A stretch of 50,445 nucleotides of DNA, taken from positions 1 through 50,445 of the IMG/VR virus record IMGVR_UViG_3300037258_000061; one strand, given 5' to 3'. The notes under the pieces are model-generated. The model did no database searches and was not told the origin of the DNA. It was given only the letters and a program-made list of their open reading frames with translations. Origin of the DNA: a virus. Taxonomy: Duplodnaviria; Caudoviricetes. The number at the start of each line of letters is the position of its first letter. Position 1 is the stretch's first letter. A program made the translations under genes and the position numbers. Below, in pieces: positions 17,227 to 25,362 of this stretch.

Positions 17227-18441
17227 ATGACAAAGAACGCTAACAATGACGTTGCTATGATTGCGTTAAAATGCCAGGGATTAGGATTTCCTGTCTTTTA
17301 CAAACGTAGCGAAACAGGTCCACGTGTAACTACACACTTCTTTACGCAGCAAATGGGATCATCTGCACCACTTAACAAAGTTATAAATAAAGCTGAAGAT
17401 ATCGCATTCGCGTGCGGAGTTCCATCTGTAATGATAACTCGTGTATTAAACGAGATTGCATTTCAAGTCCCGCTTGATCCTGAAGATGTGAAGCTGATTC
17501 CATTCGATGCAGGTATTCATAACTTGATGCTCGAAGCTGTTAAAACTCAACAGCTACCCATAGTTATGGGTCAAACAGTGCAGGGGCAGAACTTCACAGT
17601 AGATTTAGTAGAGCAACCCCACTTACTCATAGCTGGATCAACGGGTGGTGGTAAATCTGTATTTCAGGGCTCAGTTGTATGCGGCTTGCTCCTAGCTAAA
17701 TCTCCCGCTGAATTAGAGATGTATCTAGTCGATACCAAACAACTAGATTTGCCTCTATTCAAAGGTGCAGCGCAAGTTAAGAATATAGTTGATAAGATTG
17801 AGAAAGTTCACGATCTAATCGACAATATGATTCTCAACGTAAGACGGCGCACTGAGAGAATGAAAGGCATAGCCAGGAATATAGCTGAGTATAATGCGCT
17901 GCAAGGTACTTTTATAAATCAGCATCTAGCGCCACCTGCTATCAAGTATAAAGTGGTAGTAATTGACGAACTGGCAGATGTTATTTCACTCGACAAAGAC
18001 TTAGCTGTAAAAGAAGCGGGTGAGATTGAAGCTGGACTGCGCAGCGAGAAACGTACACGCATTGTTAATAAACTTCAGACACTAACTCAAATCTCGCGCG
18101 CATCTGGTATTCACGTTATCGCGGCTACTCAGCGCCCGAGTGTTAAACTTATGTCGGGAGATATCAAAGCTAACTTTCCGATGCGGCTTACTTTCAGACT
18201 CCCAACTTCTGCAGACTCTCGCGTGATATTAGGTGAGGGCGGCGCAGAGAATCTTCTTGGCAAGGGAGATTATCTCTACCAGACTTTTGATATGCCATCC
18301 CCTGTAAGATCGCACGGCGCATATGTAAGTACAACGGACATCGCAAGGATTGTAGATCAATCTCAGATGATAAGGGAGAGTTATGAACAACTCAGAGCAA
18401 CAGCCGATGATGTTAAAGCCGAAACTGAAACTGAAGTATAG
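17227..18441 (+). CDS. FtsK/SpoIIIE-family ATPase (alpha and beta domains only)
   Basis: PHLLIAGSTGGGKS, LVDTK, VVVIDELAD, RASGIHVIAATQRPS, IKANFPMR, GAENLLGKGD. Confidence 0.95.
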   Translation: MTKNANNDVAMIALKCQGLGFPVFYKRSETGPRVTTHFFTQQMGSSAPLNKVINKAEDIAFACGVPSVMITRVLNEIAFQVPLDPEDVKLIPFDAGIHNLMLEAVKTQQLPIVMGQTVQGQNFTVDLVEQPHLLIAGSTGGGKSVFQGSVVCGLLLAKSPAELEMYLVDTKQLDLPLFKGAAQVKNIVDKIEKVHDLIDNMILNVRRRTERMKGIARNIAEYNALQGTFINQHLAPPAIKYKVVVIDELADVISLDKDLAVKEAGEIEAGLRSEKRTRIVNKLQTLTQISRASGIHVIAATQRPSVKLMSGDIKANFPMRLTFRLPTSADSRVILGEGGAENLLGKGDYLYQTFDMPSPVRSHGAYVSTTDIARIVDQSQMIRESYEQLRATADDVKAETETEV

Positions 18442-18628
18442 CGTAGAATTCTTAGTCCCTGTAAGTGCTAGTCATTACTATTTTCCTCAGTATCAATATG
18501 CTACAGTTGATACCAGAGATAAAGTCAGTAAAGACTTTTATCTGAATTGGTTTAAAAATAACATTGTAGATATTCCAATGACAGATACTAAAGCTTGCTG
18601 GATTCTTATAGGTATTCGACGCGCCTAG
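18383..18628 (+). CDS. Hypothetical protein
   Basis: 81-aa ORF filling the gap after the FtsK-like gene; start may be ATG 18407 or 18410. Confidence 0.5.
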   Translation: MNNSEQQPMMLKPKLKLKYSVEFLVPVSASHYYFPQYQYATVDTRDKVSKDFYLNWFKNNIVDIPMTDTKACWILIGIRRA

Positions 18629-18815
18629 GCGGGGTAATCCACAACCCCCTGTGGGAAGGGCGCAAAACGCGCCAACTTGCTCATTCTAGGGGGTTTAATG
18701 GCCTCTGTTAGCCACTAGACAGAGCGGGTAACGCAGAGTAGGCTTAGGACTGGTTTTGTAGCTGCGAGCGCTTAGAGAGGCACCTACGCAAAGAGATTTT
18801 TAGGAATTAACTATA

Positions 18816-19046
18816 ATGCCCAGCACTAAATACACTTACAACAAATCGATTCGATTCACTTATCTACAACTAGCATGGCTAGATCAACCACGGCTGCGTG
18901 GCAAATCTGGTCATATTATGAGATTTTTTATTGATAAATGGATCGCGGGCCAACTATCGCCTGAAATGATCCAGGAATTGGAGAATGTCATTGCCAGAGT
19001 TCCAAGTATCACAACCGGAACCACCGGATCAACCACCACAGGATGA
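18816..19046 (+). CDS. Putative ribbon-helix-helix DNA-binding protein
   Basis: KSIRFT strand followed by two helices (LAWLD; SGHIMRFFIDKWI). Confidence 0.55.
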   Translation: MPSTKYTYNKSIRFTYLQLAWLDQPRLRGKSGHIMRFFIDKWIAGQLSPEMIQELENVIARVPSITTGTTGSTTTG

Positions 19047-19875
19047 AATAGAAAACAAAAATGCTACAGCATTTTCGGATTTGGAGAATCAAAATGAACG
19101 ATCAACAAATAGTAGTATGGTATCGAATATTCGAGAAAGTAGCAGTGGTAGCTATAATAATATTGGGATTGATATACCTTTTAAAACGGAGATAACCTCT
19201 TCAGAACTTCCAGACAAAGTCTGCACCCAGTGCTTAGAAGACAACTTAATTAAAAAAGGTATTATAGAAACCTTTACTCCGTGTCAGAAATGCGGCGAAG
19301 AATTTTGCATCCACGGAGTTTCAAAGCTTGATCCACAGTATTGTATTCACTGCTGCAATGATTTCAAGATCGTTGATGTAATTGAACAAGAGCAACGACC
19401 GATCTTTAATAAAGACGGCGCTCTCATTGCAGTCCGCCAGTTTAAAGTGCGGCACATAACTCTTTCAGGATTGCACTGGCTATTTTTCAACCGTGCGATA
19501 ACAAATCTTTCAGACATTGAGTTGGAACACGCGATAGAATACCACCAGAGTATCTATCATGGGATGATCTATGAGAGAGAAGCTCGCAGAGTTCAGAAAG
19601 CTCATCGCAACAAAGGTAAAGTTGCGGGCAATGAGAATCACAGTATTACGCAAAATCCGTTTGAGTCTACTCAAGATGGAGTTAGATTCGTCACAGGAAC
19701 AGGAACTCCTACTCAGAAAAAAGTTAGAACTCGCACGGTTAAAGTATCTCAATCTTCTACAGGAATTACAGGAACTAAAAAAGGTCTCTCTCCAGAAGCA
19801 CTCCAAGCTTTAGTTGCAGAGTTAATGAAAGCTGGCTTGAGCCAGGAACAGATACTTGCGATAGGAAAAAAATGA
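18985..19875 (+). CDS. Zinc-finger protein, paralogue of 15037-15675
   Basis: CTQC...CQKCGEEFCIH...YCIHCC; GGAG RBS. Confidence 0.7.
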   Translation: MSLPEFQVSQPEPPDQPPQDEIENKNATAFSDLENQNERSTNSSMVSNIRESSSGSYNNIGIDIPFKTEITSSELPDKVCTQCLEDNLIKKGIIETFTPCQKCGEEFCIHGVSKLDPQYCIHCCNDFKIVDVIEQEQRPIFNKDGALIAVRQFKVRHITLSGLHWLFFNRAITNLSDIELEHAIEYHQSIYHGMIYEREARRVQKAHRNKGKVAGNENHSITQNPFESTQDGVRFVTGTGTPTQKKVRTRTVKVSQSSTGITGTKKGLSPEALQALVAELMKAGLSQEQILAIGKK

Positions 19876-20612
19876 CTTTACGTAAAACTGATGGTCAAAT
19901 AGCGAGAGCTAGAAAAGAGTGGAAACTAATGTCAAACGTTGATTTTAACATGATTGAAGCTTTAATCGCACAGGAACCAATTGGTAATCTCATGCAAATT
20001 AAAGACATTGTTGATAAAGAGATACAGTTTTGCAGAAATAACATGGCGAAACAAGCTGTACAGCAAGAAACAGCAGCAAAACGTGCAATTCCTCGCATGG
20101 AAGGACAGTTGCGAAGAGCAGATCGAACTGATGAGTTTGATAACTTGAAAACGCAGGCGGGAATTGGTGCAGTTGATCCTCGTATTCAAACTGTACTTGG
20201 TACAGGTCTTAGCGACGTTGGACAAGAATCATTGAAAGCAAATTATCAAGAAAGCTTGCACAGAGATGTTTCTGGAGCTACCAGCGGAGAGAAAAAAATC
20301 CGTTATGATCTAATGCTGCGCAGTGTTTTAGAAGCCTACTCTCGTAGACTCACAGCGGGCGCAAATAAACATGGTGATAACAACTACCTGAAGGGATTGG
20401 ACTCTCCAACTTTTATTCGAGAGCGTATCAATCATCTTTATCATCATGTATTAGCTTTGAATAATATTCACAGCTCGGACATAGAAACTCCCCAGGACAA
20501 TTTGGATGCGATTTTGTGGAATGCAGGATTCCTGTGTGAAGTTCTGTGTACCGAAAATGGTATGAAGCTTTTTTACGAAGTTGTAACTAAGCCAAACTAT
20601 ACCAGACGCTAA
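19872..20612 (+). CDS. dATP/dGTP diphosphohydrolase-like protein (DUF5664-type domain) with N-terminal extension
   Basis: KIRYDLM...GANKHGDNNYLKG...HLYHH...DNLDAILWNAGFL pattern. Confidence 0.75.
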   Translation: MTLRKTDGQIARARKEWKLMSNVDFNMIEALIAQEPIGNLMQIKDIVDKEIQFCRNNMAKQAVQQETAAKRAIPRMEGQLRRADRTDEFDNLKTQAGIGAVDPRIQTVLGTGLSDVGQESLKANYQESLHRDVSGATSGEKKIRYDLMLRSVLEAYSRRLTAGANKHGDNNYLKGLDSPTFIRERINHLYHHVLALNNIHSSDIETPQDNLDAILWNAGFLCEVLCTENGMKLFYEVVTKPNYTRR

Positions 20613-20894
20613 ACAATTTTGTAGTTAAATCCAAAAGAAAGTGACTGCCTGTGAGTGTGCATGAACCTGAAGATTTAGTTGTGGACAATTAAATATTGGA
20701 GACGTTCAAAGTAAAAAGGCGAAAGATAACATTCAGCATCATATCTTAATTTTAGCTACGGTCAAAGTTAAGAATGGTAGTTGAATGTTAGAGCCCCACA
20801 CAGTATAGTTTGACCTGCGAATTATACAAGGTAATCTCGTTTAGAGATGGGGCTCTAAGATTCAACTAACTTTAACTCTAGAAGAGAGGGTAAA

Positions 20895-21137
20895 ATGCGA
20901 CATATAGAAGAATCATTTGCAAATTTTAAAAAGAAAGTTCTTGATCCTTTACAACTCCCTGAAAACCATACTCAAATCATTGAGATGCGCAGAGCTTTTT
21001 ATGCTGGCGCTGCTGATATGTTTATGGCAATAAACAAGATTACTGAAGCAGAAGAAGATTCTGCTTGTAAAGAACTAGATTCAATCAGAGGTGAGATAGC
21101 TGATTGGATGATAGCTTTGATGTCGGGGAGGGCGTGA
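20895..21137 (+). CDS. Hypothetical phage protein
   Basis: 80 aa; EMRRAFYAGA motif; GAGGG RBS. Confidence 0.7.
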   Translation: MRHIEESFANFKKKVLDPLQLPENHTQIIEMRRAFYAGAADMFMAINKITEAEEDSACKELDSIRGEIADWMIALMSGRA

Positions 21138-22216
21138 TGACAATCAATCTCGATCCAGAAATATTCATGCGCGCTTGTATACTTGAGAAACAGCTGCATT
21201 GGTTCTCAATCAATCCTGAAGATCAAGTGATAGAGATGGTCCTAGATCATCACATGCTATCAACTTTCAGGATGTGTCCTTCTCGTTTTAAGCTTGAGAT
21301 GGTAGATGGCTGGGCACCAAAGGGATCATTTTGGTTCTTAGAGTTCGGTGCTTTACTTCACAAGTGTCTTGAGTATTATTACCAATATTTCAGGACGCCC
21401 GAGTTTACTATAGAACGCTGGTTTGCTTATGCAACCAACTTCTGGGCAAAGGGAAACTTTGATAAATACAGCGAAATTCCAGGCTACAAGAACATGGGAG
21501 GACGCATCGGTTTCCTAACAATGCTGCAAGAGTATTATCTCCGTTTCAGTGCAGAGAATGAACGTCTTCGCATAATTGGAACCGAGCTATACTTTGGCAA
21601 AGGCAAAGAAGTCCCACTTCTTGCAGAACCACTTAATAATCGCATTCCGTTCCGTCTATACTTGAGCGGCAAGATTGATATCCTCTGCGATACATCTTCA
21701 CATATAGCACCAATGGATCATAAATCTCACGGCGATTTTCGTGGACAAAATCCCAATAAATCTTATGAAATTCAAGAGGGCATGACTGGCTATATTTATG
21801 CCACGCGTGAGTTAGTAAAGCATTTTATTGATTTAGAAGTTTTTGAACCTGGTTCACGTCAAACTAACATGATTCTCATGAATCATATTCAAGTTAAACC
21901 CGGCAAGACTTCATTTCAAGATCGTTTCTCGCGCATCCCAATGCGTCGCACAGATGCCGATCTAGAAGAATATCGCTGGCGTCAGGTAGCAACTGCGCGC
22001 GATATCTTTAACATGCTAATTGATAGCATGGAAGGTATTCCAGCGCAGTATAACGCAGGAGTTTGTAGTAATTGGTGGCACAATGAATGTCAATTTCATA
22101 AAGTTCATCGCCAGCACTCGGGAGATTCTCAGCTCTTTGTGTTACAGAATGAATACATTAAGAAACCTATCTGGGATCCAGAGAACAGAGATAACGACGG
22201 AAGTTCTGCAAATTAA
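21137..22216 (+). CDS. PD-(D/E)XK exonuclease (RecB/Cas4-like)
   Basis: FRMCP, FGALLH, GKID, DHKS, Q..GY and C-terminal CSNW...CQF; GGAGGG RBS before ATG 21137. Confidence 0.85.
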   Translation: MTINLDPEIFMRACILEKQLHWFSINPEDQVIEMVLDHHMLSTFRMCPSRFKLEMVDGWAPKGSFWFLEFGALLHKCLEYYYQYFRTPEFTIERWFAYATNFWAKGNFDKYSEIPGYKNMGGRIGFLTMLQEYYLRFSAENERLRIIGTELYFGKGKEVPLLAEPLNNRIPFRLYLSGKIDILCDTSSHIAPMDHKSHGDFRGQNPNKSYEIQEGMTGYIYATRELVKHFIDLEVFEPGSRQTNMILMNHIQVKPGKTSFQDRFSRIPMRRTDADLEEYRWRQVATARDIFNMLIDSMEGIPAQYNAGVCSNWWHNECQFHKVHRQHSGDSQLFVLQNEYIKKPIWDPENRDNDGSSAN

Positions 22217-22231
22217 CTAAAGGAGAAATAA

Positions 22232-22507
22232 ATGGCAAGCGAAGTCTACTTCAGAGATTTACCTGCATCTTCAGCTTATAAATGCAATGTAATGCTTGAA
22301 AACAAGATGCAGTGCCAAGAACGTGCTTCAGTTGAATATTTTACGGCACAGGAAAGAACTAATATTTCACGTAATCATATATGCAAGCATCACTTTGCAG
22401 TTGAACGTCAGCTAAATGAAGCTGAAGGAACTAAATACCTTTTGTATACTTCTGAGGGTAAGCTGATGGATGAAACAAAGGAAGAGTTTAAACCACCCCA
22501 AAAATAA
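22232..22507 (+). CDS. Small zinc-finger protein
   Basis: C-x9-C...ICKHH; AAGGAG RBS. Confidence 0.7.
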   Translation: MASEVYFRDLPASSAYKCNVMLENKMQCQERASVEYFTAQERTNISRNHICKHHFAVERQLNEAEGTKYLLYTSEGKLMDETKEEFKPPQK

Positions 22508-22582
22508 ACCTGAGAAAACCTGACCAATACAGCATTTTTGACTATTTGACTATAAAATCTATTTATTTAAAGGTAGGGAGTT

Positions 22583-23458
22583 ATGCCAACAACAGAAGAA
22601 CACGGGATAAATAAAACGACTCAAGTTATAGATGATGCGTTCGGCGGTTTGACCGGCGGTGTCAAAGCTGATACAATTGTGCCCGGCAAGACCAAGAATT
22701 ATGCGCTCGCTATAGTTGGAAGACAGAAATCAGGTAAGTCTTTCTTTGCAACTAGCGATAACGAGACTAAAAAAGTTTGGGTTGCAGACTTTGACAATCG
22801 CAGCGAATCAGTCTCAGGTAAGAAGAATGTTTATATCAAGACGTTCATTGATATAAATCAACAGTCTCCCCAGGCGATTAAAAATCTTGAGATTGATCTT
22901 GAATTATTCAAGTATCGCAAAGTTAAAGGCCAACCCATTCCCGATGTATTCGTCTTAGACTCCATTACTTATATGAAGAAAGTATTGGAGAATGAGATTA
23001 TCTCTGCAATGACCAAGAGCAAAGGTGATAACAATTTCTCGCGGCAAGTTGGATCTGGCTCTCGCAAAGTTTTAATTGCTCAGGGCTGGGATATGATTAA
23101 CGCAGTGAGGGGGTATCTTGAGTATTTCATCGCAGAGTTCAGAGAACTCGGTAACCTTATCTGTGTATTTCACGAGAGACCTGAAAAAGATACAATCCAT
23201 TCAACTAAAGACAACACGGTATTTACCGGACAATACTCCGTCGATCCGTTCTATCTTAATTCCCTCTTATCTGTTTTCTCCGAAGTCATGCGAATTACTG
23301 TTGACGGTTATGGGAAGTACACTGTTAATACAACCAGCAACAACGAGTTCAATGGTGCAACTACATGGAAAGTTGACGCCAAAGAAGAACCAAATATCAG
23401 TGCTATGCTCAAGAAACACTTCATACATCTTGAAAAAGGCACTAAACCAGTTCGCTAG
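22583..23458 (+). CDS. Sak4-like/AAA_24 P-loop ATPase (single-strand annealing recombinase)
   Basis: GRQKSGKS, DFD, VLDSIT, ICVFHE; between the exonuclease and SSB-like genes. Confidence 0.8.
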   Translation: MPTTEEHGINKTTQVIDDAFGGLTGGVKADTIVPGKTKNYALAIVGRQKSGKSFFATSDNETKKVWVADFDNRSESVSGKKNVYIKTFIDINQQSPQAIKNLEIDLELFKYRKVKGQPIPDVFVLDSITYMKKVLENEIISAMTKSKGDNNFSRQVGSGSRKVLIAQGWDMINAVRGYLEYFIAEFRELGNLICVFHERPEKDTIHSTKDNTVFTGQYSVDPFYLNSLLSVFSEVMRITVDGYGKYTVNTTSNNEFNGATTWKVDAKEEPNISAMLKKHFIHLEKGTKPVR

Positions 23459-23527
23459 TCACTGACTATCGAAGATGTAAAATAACCTGAACCTGAACCC
23501 ACAAATAAACCTGAAAGAGAGATAAAT

Positions 23528-24034
23528 ATGGCACATCAGATGGATTTCGGCAAAGAAGAACTCAAAGGTCTACAACCAATTCCTGCGGGGATTTACGAAG
23601 TGCGCTTGATTGGTTTTGAACCAAAGTCTTCTAAAGCTGGAGACAGTGTAAACCTGAATCCTATCTTCAGTGTTGTAAACAACCCTGAGTTTGAGGGACG
23701 TACACTGAAGTATGTATTTGTAGGTAACTCGAAAATTCCCTCATTCTTGCAGGATATGTGTCACTGCTTTGGGATGGAGATGGAAGAGTATGATTCCGAT
23801 CGCCCAAGGATTCCTGGTATCTGGGATACAGACAAGAATAAGTTCAAGGTAGGTGCTTATGACACTTACGTTTATTCAGGACCACTTCTGAATAAAGTTG
23901 GCAAGATTGAACTGATTGAGTCTGAGTATCAGGGAAAGAAGAACAATAAGATTCGTAAGTTCTTCTGCAATGTACCGCAGTGCGCAGAGCGTTTTCCGGA
24001 TATTAATCACTCGGATAACGTAGCAGGTAAGTAG
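23528..24034 (+). CDS. DUF669-like single-stranded DNA-binding protein
   Basis: PIPAGIYEVRL...SKAG...EFEGRTL...EYQGKKNNKI; follows the Sak4-like gene. Confidence 0.75.
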   Translation: MAHQMDFGKEELKGLQPIPAGIYEVRLIGFEPKSSKAGDSVNLNPIFSVVNNPEFEGRTLKYVFVGNSKIPSFLQDMCHCFGMEMEEYDSDRPRIPGIWDTDKNKFKVGAYDTYVYSGPLLNKVGKIELIESEYQGKKNNKIRKFFCNVPQCAERFPDINHSDNVAGK

Positions 24035-24111
24035 TAGTTGTTAGTTCCTTATTGCTCCGCAGTTTAAATATTGCGGAGCAATTGGGAGTTAACAAATCCT
24101 AGGAGAATCAA

Positions 24112-24348
24112 ATGGCATTGACTCAAGAACAAGAAGACGCAATTGATACAAAACTCAGCGAAATGAACCTCGATGAGATGAATAAGCGTTATGATGAACT
24201 CGACGAGAAAGTTGATCTCGACGAAGTTGAACAGTACGAGTATGACGAACTTGAAGAACGAATAAATGCATTGACAGATGATGAAGATGAAGACGAAGAT
24301 GAAGACATTGGTCCTCATGATGCTGATGTAGCAGATAAAGACAATTAA
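24112..24348 (+). CDS. Small, extremely acidic protein (DNA-mimic candidate)
   Basis: 78 aa with about 34 D/E versus 6 K/R; AGGAG RBS. Confidence 0.75.
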   Translation: MALTQEQEDAIDTKLSEMNLDEMNKRYDELDEKVDLDEVEQYEYDELEERINALTDDEDEDEDEDIGPHDADVADKDN

Positions 24349-24371
24349 ATAAAAGCAGCGCTTGTTTGCTG

Positions 24372-24447
24372 CTAGCTACCTATATAGCTCAGATTGGAGA
24401 GCGCTGAAAAGAGGTCGGGGGAGTAAATACCCTCTATAGGTAGCTAG
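24372..24447 (+). ncRNA. tRNA-like RNA or pseudo-tRNA-Phe lacking the anticodon stem
   Basis: ACCTATA/TATAGGT acceptor stem extended to 13 bp; TA; D-arm GCTC-AGATTGGA-GAGC; CTGAAAA loop; AGGTC variable region; GGGGG/CCCTC T-stem with non-canonical loop. Confidence 0.6.
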
Positions 24448-24481
24448 GATCAAATAAACCTGAACCTGACAAGGAGTAAGT

Positions 24482-25189
24482 ATGGTAATTACAAATTCAA
24501 TTGACTATGTGCGTTGGACTCAGACCACAGCTCTTTATATTGATAAAGTTGATAGTACAAGAGAAGCAGCATTATATGAAATGCTTGGTGTGCTTGACGA
24601 AGTGGGCGAAATTGCAGGGATGCTTAAGCGTCAAATTCGCGATTCACTTGCATTTGATCGTGAGAAGTTTGGGCTTGAACTTGGAGATTTAGCTTGGTAT
24701 CTTGCTCGCATTCATTATAATCATGCAGACTTGCCTCTTGACATAGAGAACAATACTTATCCTCTTATCAAAGAGTTAAACTGGATTGAAGAGATTAAAG
24801 GTTTAACTTGCTTTGATATCGCAATTAAGATATCTGAGCATATGAAACCTCACTGCATCTCTAAAGATGCAGCTTCGAGATTTATCTTTGGTGGTAAACC
24901 CAAAGATATAATCGAGTACTTCAATCAAGTTCATCAAGGAATGTCTAACGAAAGTCCTCTCAATAACTTTGTAACTTCAATGTACAGAAGAATTTCCAGC
25001 GACGTTGACACAGTCGGTATTCTTATGCACATTGCAGCGGAAGCATATTCGATGGAAGCTGTTTTCGACTGGTGTACTCTATGCTACAAATACAATTACG
25101 ATATTCTCGATGTTCTACAGAACAACGTAATTAAACTTGAATCAAGAAAGGATAGAGGTACTCTTCATGGCAAGGGCTCGGAACGTTAA
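24482..25189 (+). CDS. MazG-like NTP pyrophosphohydrolase with internal insertion
   Basis: LGVLDEVGEIAGMLKRQIRD...ELGDLAWY and C-terminal NVIKLESRKDRGTLHGKGSER. Confidence 0.85.
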   Translation: MVITNSIDYVRWTQTTALYIDKVDSTREAALYEMLGVLDEVGEIAGMLKRQIRDSLAFDREKFGLELGDLAWYLARIHYNHADLPLDIENNTYPLIKELNWIEEIKGLTCFDIAIKISEHMKPHCISKDAASRFIFGGKPKDIIEYFNQVHQGMSNESPLNNFVTSMYRRISSDVDTVGILMHIAAEAYSMEAVFDWCTLCYKYNYDILDVLQNNVIKLESRKDRGTLHGKGSER

Positions 25190-25361
25190 AGAGATGAATG
25201 AAGTTGATGCAGCTCCAAAGCAATTTATGCCCTCACAGAGATATCCTGTGAGTTGCCCTGGCTGTGGTACTAACTCTCGTATCACAGTAGCTACTGCGGG
25301 AGCGTTCAAAGGCAACAAGCTTGACTGTGATAACTGCAGCATGACTTTTACTTGGAGCTAA
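25167..25361 (+). CDS. Small zinc-ribbon protein
   Basis: CPGC...CDNC; GAGG RBS before ATG 25167. Confidence 0.7.
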   Translation: MARARNVKEMNEVDAAPKQFMPSQRYPVSCPGCGTNSRITVATAGAFKGNKLDCDNCSMTFTWS

Positions 25362-25362
25362 A

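Noticed and set aside
21137-22216. Cas4 of a CRISPR-Cas system
   Set aside because: No array or other cas genes; context is the usual phage exonuclease-Sak4-SSB module
24372-24447. Functional tRNA-Phe
   Set aside because: No anticodon stem, no TTC in the T-loop and no CCA; reported as tRNA-like instead
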